Assembly (NCBI GenBank): GCA_964016885.1
Contig: OZ024741.1
Location: 204,786,001-204,850,000, forward strand
Length of the DNA stretch: 64,000 bases
Source of the DNA: Eledone cirrhosa
Lineage: Eukaryota
Reading direction: 5' to 3'
Under the pieces are notes generated by a model, which searched no databases, had not been told where the DNA came from, and saw only the letters and a list, made by a program, of their open reading frames with translations. This document shows, piece by piece, positions 11,701 to 24,861 of this stretch (position 1 is its first letter; each line of letters opens with the position of its first letter). The translations under genes were made by a program, and so were the position numbers.

Positions 11701-12479
11701 TTAGTTCCACTGTCTTAATTAACCATGTTTAATCCATTTACGATGCTAACTGGTGTATTGTAACACTGAAACAAACATTTATTGAACACTTTATATTTTA
11801 CCGATGTTTATCAATAAATTATTGAAGTTTTATTTTTAGGTTTATATTCCAGCATAGACACGTGAAAAACATCGCTTGTTTTGTCACGCTGCTTCGTTCT
11901 CCTTTTGTTCTTTTTATAGCTTCACGTGTTTGTATACTTTATATCACTAATCCTTAACATTAATTAATTAATAACATTGCAATTATTGTAATAGTAACTA
12001 CGTCTTCAAAATAGATGGTGGGTGGAACAACAATAATATATTATATTCAACATTCTATTATTTTAAATATCTATTCAACAGGAGAAAAAATCAATCTTAG
12101 TAATTAACTAAGACAAATATTTATGCTTGTATTAATTAATATTTAACGAAACTCAGTTTTATATTATGGTTTACCGGTTTTTATTATACAGATATTTTTA
12201 CCATGAAAATATTTTATCAAGCTATTTTTTTTTTAATATAGAGAAATCTATTTTATTAGGGTATTTATTGAAAGTGCCATTATTTTAATAAAATGTTAAT
12301 GGAAATAAATATTATTTATTCTAGTTAATGTTAGGTCAGCATCATAACATCGTAATTGGGACGAACGTGGTAAATTCGTGGTTTTAAAACTTTGCTTTTT
12401 TGTACATTAATCATTAGCATTCGTCATTCTTGCTCTCGGAAATTGTGTATGCATTTTTATTATTATTGACTGAAATGAA

Positions 12480-15215
12480 GATCAGTGTTAACTCTCTTAC
12501 CACAAGGGTGACTGGCACGATTAAGACCACCAAAACTGCAATATGGTGAGAAGTAACAAAAATAATCATACCGCGTCGAACTTCGCACTGATTAACAAGG
12601 GACGCGATCAGGCCTTAGGTAAAAGAGACTGTTGGGAAAATGTATTGCAGCCTTCATTTCATGCTGGAAATATTGACGATGTCATGAGAGGCGTGGGATG
12701 GACGCACAAAGATTGCGTGCCCTGAGACCTCAAAATGAGTTTGGAAGGGAGCAGACCATAGCAATTGGATACAGGTAAGAAGCAGGAACTAGTGGAGGGA
12801 GCTAGATAGAGTCAGGGTTTCCTCAAAAGAGTTCTGTGGCTCTGGTGCTGTAGATTTGGATGGAGGATGGAAACTCCACTATTCAGGATTGGTCCCAGAA
12901 ATGTCTGCACAGGCAGGAGTGGGGATACTTACAAACCCTGGCTATCAGAATGTGTTGTGGACTGGATCCCATTAGGAGGGAGGATTTGCCTCTTGAAGCT
13001 TAGGCTGAAAGATAGGTCTCTGTGGGTGGTGTAAGTTTATGCACCAATCAAGGAATCAGAATAGAGATCCTTCCTTGATGAAGTCATTATAACGTTAGAT
13101 GTAGTTATGACTGAGTCATATATCCTGATGGGAGACTTCAATGCACATCTTAGCACTGATTACCTGACATTGAAAGGAATGGTGATCCCAATCTAAATAC
13201 GAATGGAGAGGCCTTTTGATCTAACAATGGACACTATTATGAACACCTTCCAGCATAGAGATATCTATAAATATACATGGTATATGGGGAATCAGGGACA
13301 GAGATCAATAAATGATTTTGTTATTGTCCCTGATCTCTTCGCTTCTGTGCTGGATGTTTGCGTTAAGGAGCTTAGCTGTCAAGTGATCATCTAGTTATAT
13401 ACAATCTAAGATTACCTAAAGCCAATGAAACTCAGAAAACTATCAAGTCAAGGTCAATCTACAAGATAAAGTGGGAAGCACTGGATGATGAAGTCATGAC
13501 TAGGTATGTGAATCTAATTACATCCAAATTCAGAGAACTATGAGAGCAAACTGAGGATGTTAAAAGTGACTTGAGACTGCTCAGCACCTGCTTCAGTTGT
13601 TAAATGCTGCATGTGATTGGCTTGGTGTGGCACCAGATGGCAGATGAACCCCTTGGTTAAATCAGGAGGTCAAAGATGCCAGCTGAGCAAAGAAAGAGGC
13701 TTACATAGCCTGGCTTGAAAATAAGTCCTTGCACTTGCAGTACAAGCATATGCACAATGTTGCAGCAGAGACAGTAAGTGCATCCTAAGTTAAGACATGG
13801 GAGGACTTAGGGGGTTAAACTAGAATCCAAATTCAGTTCTGCAAATAATCAGGCAGACCATCCACCAACTTCTCCGTACTTGCTATCAGGAATGTGTATG
13901 GGTTTCTCTCTTCAGAGAGGTGTATCTTTGTGATATGGAGAGAATACTTTGCTGATCAATACACCATCTTTTGACGTATACGAAGTGCATCTGGGAGCAG
14001 TGACTAATCTCTCGGAGGCTGAGGTCACAAAAAGCAATTAAAGACCTTAAATGAAGTAATGTTGCTAGGGAGGATGAAATGTCAAAATCCTTAAATAAAG
14101 AAAGTATTCCCTTGATGACTCGTGTGTCAGGTGGCCTGGATATCTGGAAAAGCACCTAAGCAATGGCAATCAGGAGTGATAATCCCAAATTTCAAAAATA
14201 GAGATTGCTCCAATTATGGAATGATCTTGTTAAGCTTCTTTGGTAAAGTCTATGCCATGTGTCTGGCAAAAAGATGTAGGGAGATTGTTGAGTCCAAGCT
14301 AGCTGACAAACTGTGCAGCACAGCCAACTAAATATTCACACTGTGTCAGGTCTTTGAGAAATCACGTGAGTACTGCCAAGAGGTATATTCTTGCTTTGTA
14401 GACTTTGAAAAGGCATATGAATACATTCTATGGGACCTGTTGTGAAAAATTCTGCTGTAGTATGGGATTGATGGACAGCTTGTTGCCCTGATGTCTCTAT
14501 ACAAATGCCTGAGTATTTCTGTTCAGCTAAATGGTACTAAATTGAAACCATTCAGTGTGGGGGTCTGACTCTGGGAAGCATGCATACTGTCACCGCTCCT
14601 GTTCATAATCTTCATGAACAGGATCAACGTGCACTGCCAGGCTGGAATTTGAAGATGAAATAGTATTGCTTAACTGATCAGAAGGTGATCTCCCACAAGC
14701 ATTTGATAGGTTTCATGCTGAGTGCTGCACGGTTGGAATGAAAATGAGTGCTGCGAAGATTGAGATAATCTACTTGCGAATGGAGTTCTACTGAAGCAGG
14801 TAGAGAAGATCATGTATCTCAGGGCTGTGTTCATGAGTGATGGAAGGCAGGAGGCTGACTTAAGTGCAAGAATTGCAGGAGCTGGTGTAGAAATGCACCA
14901 GTATCTGCATTTGTTAATCAGAAGGGCGGTAGGTATAAAAGCCAAATTTGCTATCTTCAATTCGGTATTCCTGCCAACCCTTACTTATGGTTATGAATCT
15001 TGGGTAATGATCGAAAGAATACAATCGGCTGAAATGGGGTTCCTCCAAAGGGTATTTGGAGTAATGTTACTCAAATGAATGCGATGCTCAGAGATCAGTG
15101 AGTCACTCCAGAACCTCTACTTCTCCAAATTGAGAGATCATAGTTCTGATACTATGAGCATGTGGTTAGAATGTCTCAGGAAAGAATTGCTGGACAGATT
15201 TTACGGAGACTTCAG
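12480..15215 (+). mobile_element. Long degenerate RTE (Expander-like) LINE with APE endonuclease and RT
   Basis: VYAP, GDFNAH, SINDFVIV (endonuclease); GKAPKQWQSGVIIP, FVDFEKAY, SPLLFIIFM (RT); FLPTLTYGYESWVM..IQSAEMGFLQRV. Many stops and frameshifts. Confidence 0.88.
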
Positions 15216-16279
15216 TGACGCATATTGCATGAAATATTAAACAGTTGCAGGTAGGATGTTGAAAGCTTTTGATAATGTATGTATAGAAACTGTCCATAAA
15301 CTTATTGCACAGTGTTTCTTTTGTAGAGAATTGAGTTCTACCAAAATCGATGCTAACAGTTAAAATGGTTTTCTTCACATTCTCTGTTAGTCCATAAATT
15401 AGTTTAGGTATGTGACAAGCTATGATTGACCACAATAAAATGGTTATATGTTTAAGGAGTTAATTTCAAAACTACATGGTTCTAGGTGCAATCCTGATGC
15501 AAGGCACCTTGGGCAAGGTCTTTTATAGCCCTCTTTGACCAATGATGTGGGTAAAATTTGGTAGACTGAAACTGGAAACCTGTTGTATATATGTATGAAT
15601 GTCTCTCTCTCTATATATATATATAACTCCTTAGACTAAGGAGTTTTATAAAATGTAAACAAAAATCTCTGGAATTTAAGTGCGTCCGAAAAGATGAACA
15701 TGTTGAGGTAATTATTTATAATTACATCAAGGAGGATGAAACAATTATAAATCAAGTTATTATGTGAATAAGTGTTTGGTAAGATATTTTAATGAATATA
15801 CATATATATATACTAGTAGGTAAATTATAGATTTTTACTTTAAAAAATGGGCATAACAAATTGCATGCATCTCATCTAGCTGACTTTGCTCTAGATTTTA
15901 AATTCCCACCACACACCAACACTTGCATGAATGCACACACCAGCAGATTGAGTATGCAGGGAGGGCTGGTCATGTCACTACTCGGTCCATATGAACATTG
16001 CTGTCTTTAACAAACACTAGCTGATCTCATTGAAATTCCATGGTTTAATTAGAAGCCGCCACCAAGTATTAAAGATCAATATGACAAACATTTTTTTTTA
16101 TTTATAGGTTATATATATATATATATACATGCAAATAATATGTACAGTACTTAATTATGCAACACTAAATCACATCAATGAACTAATGCCTGAAACTACT
16201 AAAATGGAATATTTTGTTAATTTACAATGTGAGAATAAACAAAATATTTTTTGTAAAAGTAATTCCTCTTTTGGTTTCT

Positions 16280-16560
16280 CTCTTACTCTTACCATCTCCT
16301 TTCCATAAAGATTTGTTACAGTGTAGGTTTTAAAAAAATGTTGCCACAGCTAGTCATTTTCTATCTTGCATACACATTCTTACCATGCAGAGCATGGCCG
16401 AGGTATTAAAAAGTATTTCCTTTTTTAGTTCTCTTTCTTTCTTTCACACACACACTCTTACCATCCCCTTTCCACAGCATGACCAACATTAAAAAGTAGT
16501 TCCATTTTTACTTCTCTCTTTCATACACACATGCTCTTACCATCCCATTTCCAGAGTGAC
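16280..16560. repeat. Degenerate minisatellite, about 80-bp unit, 4 copies
   Basis: TCTTACCAT..TTCCA core recurs at about 16287, 16377, 16456 and 16535. Confidence 0.55.
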
Positions 16561-17093
16561 AGACTTTTTACACAATATGTCTAATAGCTTTAATAGATAT
16601 GTTTATGACATCTCACACATAATAAAAAATAACTTCTATTCGTGCAAAATATGTAATTTTCCATCATTTTGTCTCTTCATAACTACCCTTATAAATTTGC
16701 TGACAAAGGGATCTTATAGTAGTTCCTATTTGTGTTAAGCAGGATGTAGAAACAACTGAAATGGCTAGTCTAATTTGTATTATATGCATTCATTTGACAA
16801 CGGATTATATATAAAATTAATTATATATTTATGCACAATACAGCATCATATTAGAAAAAGCAAAATATATTGTGTCATGCAAAATAGATTGGCTGTTTTA
16901 GATGAATAGCAACCACTACAAAGTTCCCTCTGAAGACAGAATCATAATGGAAAGACAAAAGTCTCAGGCATGTAAAAGTAATCTCTTATGTTTTTCTGTG
17001 TACAGAAGAAATTTATAGTTCATTATTTTCACTGAGATTTACAATTTAAAAACTTGTTATATCTACATTAAATTTATCTTGTGTGTGTGTATG

Positions 17094-17146
<53 letters not shown>

Positions 17147-17789
17147 CCAGCCCATACCAGTATGAAAAAACATGTAAAACGGATGATATCTTCATAATCA
17201 CCATTTAATATCTATTTTGCATGGGTTAGATGGCCACATTTGGCTCATGCAATCTATTTTGGGCTTGGTTTCTATGACTGGATGGCCATCCTAAAGCCAA
17301 CATCCTTATAATGTAGCCTGGAAGCTTTTTTCGTAGCGCCAGCACAACTACCTTATAGGGTGGACTGGGTGATTTTGTTGTGGCACCAGTATGACCACCT
17401 TATAGGATGGATGAGGTGCTTTGTTGCCAAGGTACCAGCACTACTTCATCACAACATTAGTGTGCTTGGTGAGTCTGATTGGGGAGTGGGTGTGTGTGTA
17501 GTGAAGGAAGGCTATATGCTGCTAGCTGATGAGGGAGAAATGACCCTGAGGCAGGTGGGTGGTGTCTGACATTGCAGGATGCGCCTGGCTTTCTGGGTTG
17601 GATAGGAAAGGTGAGACAGCTGTGAGTGTGAAAGGAAGGGTGGAGCCTGGGCTGGGGAGGAAGGTGAATCAGAAGGTCCACCCAAGCTTTTGATGGGGAA
17701 GTTGGGAGTATACTGACATGCGGGGACCTAAATGTTCCTTTCTTCTTCAAGTTTAAAGTGGACAGGAGGGTAGTTGGAACCATATTGGC

Positions 17790-18622
17790 AACTGCATGTC
17801 TGAATGCAGTGAGAAGGACTGGTTTGCATGCTTTCGGTAATTAGAACCTTGAAGATCGACCTCATGCAGGACATCCATCCAACTTCAGTGACAAGCAAAT
17901 GCATGAGCTGGTGGAAGTCAATCCATGCCAGACATCCCGTCAACTCTCCGAAGTGCTTGCGACATTGAAAACACCCATCCTCAATCACTTGCATCTAATA
18001 GGGAAGGTGTCCAAGCTGGACCAATGGGTGACCCACAATCTGACTGACCGTAATCATGAATGTTGGGTAGCAGCTGTGACTTCACTCTCCTACCATTGCA
18101 CAACCAACTAGTTACACTCCATTGTCTCTGAGAATCTAGTGGAACTGGAAAGGTGTCATCCACTACAAGCTACTCCCACTGAACATCAGCATAATCTCTG
18201 ACCTCTATTGCCAACAACTTAACAGATTAATGGCAAAAATCGTAGCTGCACCCACTCCATGGTGCTCTTTGATTCCTTCATGATAATGCTTGGTCACATA
18301 CATCAAGGATCACCTGTGAGAATCTGCTCAAGCTAGGTTGGGAGATTCTACCCACTTGCCGTATTGCCCGACCTTGTGCCTACACACTATCACCTTTTTC
18401 TCTTAATGAGCAATGCAGTCAAAGACTGCATTGGCTGACAAAATTCTTTGCATCAAAGCCAGAAGAATTTTACAAGGATGGAATCATATGCCTTCCTAAA
18501 AAAATAGTAGACGGTAATAGCAAATCATAGCGATTATTTTGACTTGTAAAATTTTCCTAATGTTAAAAAATGCCAAAGTCAATAAAATTTGAAAAACAGC
18601 AAGAACTTTCTGTCCAACCTAA
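17790..18622 (+). mobile_element. Mariner transposase relic with right TIR
   Basis: LEDRPHAGHP..ELVEVNPCQTSRQLS..LNHLHLIGKVSKLDQWVTHNLT, a degenerate HDNA, GWEILP.. and a PYSPDL-like segment. End AGAACTTTCTGTCCAACCTAA is the reverse complement of a TTAGGTTGG-type mariner TIR. Confidence 0.85.
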
Positions 18623-19126
18623 TGTGTTGGTGATAGGAAGGGCATCCAGCTGTAGAAAGCTTGTCATAGGGTTGGAAGTCCCTTTAGTTGTGTCAAGAAC
18701 ATGACTGCCACTCTAGTGCTGGTGATCTACACAATAAAAGCACCCAGTACACACTGTATAGTGGTAGGTGTTAGGAAGGGCATCCAACCATAGAAAGCTT
18801 GCCAAATAAGGGATTAGGAGGACCTTTCAGTTTGTGTCAAAAGACACGATAACTCTGTATTCAATATGACTGTGTTTAAGCTGGATACTAGCCCCGCTTA
18901 AGTACTAACTTGGTCTATGTAGACCTGATAAACCCTTGCTAGCAGGGAAAGTGGGCGTTAAATGATCCTGATGATGTGCCGATTTCTAGCTAGGGTAATT
19001 TTTTGTTAAATATAAAATTATTGATAAATTTCACTATCCTCATTTTACTTGTGATATATATATATTTTTTTATCTCTTGTCCCTTCGTGTCTTAGGATAA
19101 TTTGTAAACAATTATTTAAAAAAAGG

Positions 19127-19337
19127 ATGCAATATTTTCCTTGTTTGCTAAAACACACACACTCACAAACACTACATTTCCTATCTTGAGATAAATACGC
19201 ATGCAATATTTTCCGTGCTTCCTAAAACACACATAAATACATTGACACACCAACACACATACACTCACAAACACTACATTTCCTATCTTGAGATAAATAT
19301 GCATGCAATATTTTCCTTGCATACTAAAACACACACA
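19127..19337. repeat. Local tandem duplication (about 2.5 units)
   Basis: CACTCACAAACACTACATTTCCTATCTTGAGATAAATA.GCATGCAATATTTTCC occurs twice, with a partial third unit. Confidence 0.75.
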
Positions 19338-19349
19338 CCGATACACTTC

Positions 19350-20830
19350 TTGTACCACAGCTCCCTTCCACTGGGATTTCTTGGCACTTCTTCACCCAAT
19401 GCTGATCATCTATATGCATGAATGGCCATACCATCGCAGTCTTTTCTCCTGCTCACTACATCTAATTCCTCCTAAATCCAACATTTCTCTTACCTCATTT
19501 ATGGTTTGCCTTTCCTGTATATTAACACTGCACTTCCATTGAAGCATGCTTGCTTTATTTCTCTCCAACCTTCGCATATCTTCCACATTTACTGCCCATG
19601 TTTCACTACTATGTAACATTACACTTTGTATACATGCATCATACAACTGGCCTTTCTTTCGTAGAGAAACCTTTTGCTGTCAACAGAGGTAACTGCTCTC
19701 TGACCTTTTTCCATCTTGTTCTTACTCTTACTAATATGCTCTTGGTGCAACTCCCCACCCCCTAATTTTATCACCTAGGTAACAGAAACTATCAACTACT
19801 CATATGGAACCTTCCTGAGATTGGATAATGTTTATTTTGTATGTGCTTTTACTACTAACTATCCCTGTGCACCTGCTATATACAAAGTCTACTCTTTCTG
19901 TTAGTCTGCCTACTATACCACTACACCTCTTGAGTGCCCAAGATTTACCTTGTGTACTTTGTATAGAGTTACTACTTACTCTTTTTCTACATATGGAATA
20001 GGGCCACATCTTCAATCTTGCTTACCAGAACTTTAGTTTTTCCCAAATTGATTCTAAGTTCTTTTTCTAAAGCCAAAATTTCTTCTGTAACTCTTCCACA
20101 GATTTGGCTATTAGAACCAAGTCATCGGCATACAAGAGTTTTCATGGATAACTTGTCTTAAACTCCTCTGTTATGTCCTGCAGAACTATGATAAACAGCA
20201 GTGTGCTGAGGACAGAGCCCTGATGAATACCTTCATGCACATTGAATTCCTTACAAAACTCATTGCCTATTCTCACCTTACTAACACCATCTTTGTACAT
20301 GGCTTGCACTGCTCTTACGAGCTATTCTTCTATGCCTAGTTTCCTTAAGAACCACCAGATGACAGATCAAGGTACTTTGTCAAAAGCCTTCTTTAGATCA
20401 ACAAAACCAAAATATATTGATTTATTGTTAGCCAGGAACTTCTCTTATAGTTGTCTCACTAGAAAGAGGGCATCTGTAGTACTCTCCCTGGCATCTCATC
20501 TAATTTAACTCTTTTCCTAATCAGTTGTGCTAAGACTATCACTTTTATTTCCTGGTCCATTAATTTTATGCCCCTTTCAAGCACATCACCTTTTCTTTTG
20601 TAACAATTGATGAGAATACTATATGCCAGTCATTGGGTATAACTTTATCTTGTGCTACTTGATTGATAATGTGGGTAACTAGTTTAACACTTACTTCCCC
20701 AAAAGATTTTAGCATCTTAGTGACTATTTTTGATGGCCTTGCAGCCTTACCATTTTTCTTCTCCTTCATTGCTTCCTTAACCCTATAACTGTCAATTTCG
20801 AAAGCTGGTCCTTCTGTTGGGTTAGTTGGT
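19350..20830 (-). mobile_element. Degenerate RTE-clade LINE (same family as 2215-6550)
   Basis: TEGPAFEID..KNGKAARPSKIV; FVDLKKAFDKVP; HQGSVLS; WPYSICRKRVSSNSIQ; YDACIQSVMLHSSETW..RLRWYGH. Confidence 0.88.
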
Positions 20831-21719
20831 GTGGACATGTGATGTGTGTGGATGATGATTGTTGGGTGAATAAGTGCCAAGAAGTCCCAATGAAGAAAAT
20901 TGCAATAGAGGAAGACCAACAAAGACCTAGACAGAAATTGTGAGAGCTGATCTCAAGTTGCAGAGATGTTGTGTTGGAAAATACTCATTTGATCCTTGCC
21001 TTGTAACCATGGAAAATGGTGTAACCATAAAACGATGATGATTATATACTTGCATTTATTTAAATATGTTTCTTTGGTAAAAGTTTTGGTTACCTTAGAC
21101 CATTCATCAGTTATAAGTATAGTGAAATATATCATTAGTGTGTATTTGTGCATATGCAGATGTATCAACTACCTTTGTATATAAGTTACACCTTTTCTCA
21201 TAGCAATGCAATGTGAAAAACCAGTATGTCACTCATCTATTGAACCTAAAAAAACCTCAGTTCAAAATACATGGTACTTTGTAAATGTAATTAAAATGGA
21301 GAGGCATTGGTCAACCCAAGGGTATAGTAGCAAAAACACTTGCCCAATGTGCCATTCCTTAACAGCACAGTCATGCCTGAGACTATATATATATATGTCT
21401 AACCCATGCTAGCGTGGAAGATGGACGTTAAACGAAGATGATGATGATATATATATAAGCCATTAGGGGAAGGGGTGAGATAACATGTTCGTCACATTAG
21501 TATTGATAAACTTAAGAAAATTAACAAAGATGGGACAAGGCAATGGACGGAACAAAATAAAAATACAAATGAAGGACACAGAACTCCAGGGTCATCAGCA
21601 GTTCAGATGAACTTGTCCATCCGGGGTCACAGTATTTGACACAAGCCAAACGCTGTCCATTAGAATATGAGAAGAAACAAATCATTAATGTGTGTGTGTA
21701 TGCATATATATATATATAA

Positions 21720-22040
21720 GGTACTGTTATACAATCAACTCTATAATGATGCACGTAATGTAGGCAGCCCATTACTCACATATAAAGACAAATTGAAGTA
21801 CAATCTTAAAGCCCTGGCTGCTCTCCGTGGGAAATGGAGAACTTCCTGCTTGTCTGGTCTATCTTCGTGTTCTAAGATCTGATCAAACCTTCCATCCTGC
21901 TCTGCTCAAAATCCTATCATCTGCACTAAATGTGGCTTGATGTGTAAATCAGCAGCTGGATTAAAGTGTCATTTAAGGCATAACCATAAAAAAATGAACT
22001 GAGAAGACTGTTGAACCCTCATATGTTGATATATGATGGG
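21720..22040 (+). mobile_element. 3' end of a BovB-like RTE LINE with C2H2 zinc finger
   Basis: VLLYNQL..RNVGSPLLTYKDKLKYNLK.. followed by ICTKCGLMCKSAAGLKCHLRH. Confidence 0.65.
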
Positions 22041-23840
22041 AGAGTCTATCACATATACATATATATATATCATCATCATCGTTTAGCGTCCATTTTCCAT
22101 GCTTACATGGGTTAGACAGGTTGGCCATGCTGTACCTTGTTCCAATGGGACTGTAAATTTGGTCAGGGATTTTACAGTTGGATACCCTTTCTAATACCAA
22201 TCACATTTACAGTATATATATAGAGAGAGATAGACAGATAGATACACATACACACTAGGTATACCATATTCTTACATGTAAGAAGCGACTAAAAGTGTTG
22301 GTGTCAAGAAGAGTATCTAGTTGTAAAACATTACCTCAAAAAGTCCTGCCCAATCCATGCTAGCATGGAAAAGTCAATGTAAAAATGATGATGATGATAT
22401 ATATAATACACACACACGCATATGTATGTGTATTTACAAACACACCAATTTGTAGGTATTTATTGTATAAGTTAGGAATTTTCATATTTAGCTGTTAATA
22501 TCACCATTCTAATCTGTATTACACTAGCTGGCTAATCTTTGCTGAAATAACTCCCTCTTTTCAATTTATTTTTTACTATCTTTCTTGTGGGATATACCCT
22601 TATATCTAATATCTTGTAAGTACCACACAACCATATATTTATTTATGTTTCCAGATCTCAGCTTGTTCCAATGCTCTAGTTGTCACTGTGCCAATAATGC
22701 AACAGCTTACTTGAAGCTGAAATGAATATTGAGGATACAATAACTGGTTAACTATGTAGATGAGTGCACACACCTGATACTACCTGTACTGTTCCTCTAT
22801 TTTACATTACACTGTAATTGCTGTTTATGTAGTAGTATTTCTGTAGAGAAATATGTGGAATTATATCACTTATCATGTTCTTTATAGTTATAGTTACAAT
22901 TACTATATATATAGTAATAAACTAAGACGAGCATCTGAAAGTTGGTAGGTACTAGTATAAGGTTATTTCAAACAAAGTTTAGTTGAGTGTGGTGCCTAAT
23001 TGAAAGTATGGAAGCAGTCGTCACCACCAAAACCACGACCACATCCAACAACAACAACAATATAAGACAGGTCATGACAAGCAGAATTATGTGCTTGTCT
23101 ATGGAACAAGATCAAAGACATAAATGGTAAAAGTTTAATAATATGATAGAAATGCAAGTGTGTAACTTTTGCTACCATATTTCTAAAGAAAGGACACTGC
23201 TTATGATTTTAAATAATTTTGAAAATAATAAAACATGTGGACATATTTAGTATTATGTCTAAATAAATTCCTCATTATTAATTTGGTGTTTAGAACATAA
23301 CTTTAAAAACGTTTTTAACAAATTTAAATTCAAATATCAACACTTTAAAACAAAATGAGTTTTCATCATGAAGACAGGGACGGTTTGATATCAAAAGAGT
23401 TAAACAAACCTAAGTATGGAAAAAATAAAGCAGTGTTATAAATCTCTATAAATTATAACACTGAAAACTAGTAATTGTAGTGCACTGGTGAGTGAATTGG
23501 ATACAGTCTGTTTGTGCATATAGCTGCAGCAACACAGCATAAATATTTTAATATTTTTAGAATATTGTTCAATATTGGCTTCAGAATATTTGTTTTCATT
23601 AATTAATGTTCTTTTTTTAGCCAAATAAATCATACCACTTTTGCATCATGATTGTAAAAACAAAAGTTAGAATTTTATGTTAACTTGTTTTGTTTTGACA
23701 CTTGTAATGTGAGAAACAGCTAAAACTTAGATAATTCAAGCAAGTTGGATTGGTAATATGTAAATTTGACCAGTACATTGTAGTTGGTGTTAGTTTATTA
23801 GCACTAATATATTTAATGTAGATTATTGTGTTAACTTTCA

Positions 23841-24148
23841 CTGGCCTCCTACAAGGTTTTTCAGTCCAATCATAAAAACCAACATAATGAAGTGTTTTAT
23901 TCAAGAATACAACACGCCATCCAGTCCATGAATCAAACCCATGATCTTACAATAGTGAATCTAATACCCTAACCACAAGGTGGCCTTGTTGTTAAGGTAT
24001 TGGATTCACTATCGTAAGGTTGTGTGTTCAATTCCTGGACTGGATAGCGTGTTGTATTCTTGAATAAAACGCTTGATTATGTTGCTTTTCGTAATTGGAC
24101 TGGGGCTCCTATCATGAAAATACCTGAAAAACCTCGTAGGAGGCCAGC
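23841..24148. mobile_element. Two tRNA-derived SINE 5' halves joined back-to-back (inverted pair)
   Basis: 23984-24148 (TGGCCTTGTTGTTAAGG..GTGTTCAATTCC, A- and B-box-like) is the imperfect reverse complement of 23841-23980, with a 3-nt spacer. Confidence 0.75.
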
Positions 24149-24642
24149 CAAACCTGCATAGGTGGGAGCTGTAAATTGTGTTAACTGTTATATTCAAATT
24201 ATGATGGTGTCTTGCCTTCCAAAGTTTCACTAATACATGACCACTCTCCAAAACAAAATTTCCTCCTTAAGAATTTATTTTTTGTTCTTATATATTGCTA
24301 TCAAATAGTAACTTCAAACATTTACAAATGTATTTGTTTCTAGTTCTATTACTAAACAGAAGCCTGGTTGATAATTAAATTGAATAGATTTTATCAAGTA
24401 CAATACAGAAATCTGTTTCTTTTTTCTTCTCCCTCAATATTAGAATAATTATAAAATGTTAAGAAAGCAGTTGAATTAAGAAGCATTTGGAAAATTTGAA
24501 TTGTGTCCTAATGAAAATAATCACTATAATAGTAGATCACTATAAATAATAGTTGAACAAATTTGGTAAAGTACCCTTGGAGAATTTTCCTTTCACCTCT
24601 ATTCTTTATACGGCTATGATACTTTTACCACAATTAATTTAA

Positions 24643-24861
24643 CCCTTTCATCACCACATTTTTCATGAAATACACTCGTGTGTTTTAATTTGGAGGAATT
24701 CAAAATGTTTTTAATTATTAAGCCGATATTTAGAGCATTAACAAAAATTTCTAAAATTTGATATTATGATGGAAGTTTTGAATATAAGGATAACTATATT
24801 AAAATGAGCAGTTTTATATTATAAATCTAAGGTGGTTTCAAGTGTGTTGGTATCAAAAGGT
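24643..24861. mobile_element. piggyBac-type MITE family B (CCCTTTCA..GGTATCAAAAGGG, TTAA site)
   Basis: TTAA-CCCTTTCATCACCACATT..GGTATCAAAAGG. Related degenerate copies at about 23170-23400, 27820-28020, 38328-38730, 47162-47910, 48270-49525, 49975-50200, 53265-53456 and 59580-59970. Confidence 0.65.

Noticed and set aside
16902-16977. + strand exon-like segment TTTTAG|MNSNHYKVPSEDRIIMERQKSQACK|GTAATC
   Set aside because: Isolated, with no partner exons or recognisable homology; expected by chance in AT-rich DNA.
16280-19337. Spaced repeats at 16280-16560 and 19127-19337 as CRISPR-like arrays
   Set aside because: Eukaryotic context, degenerate units with related spacers and no cas genes; these are ordinary tandem duplications.
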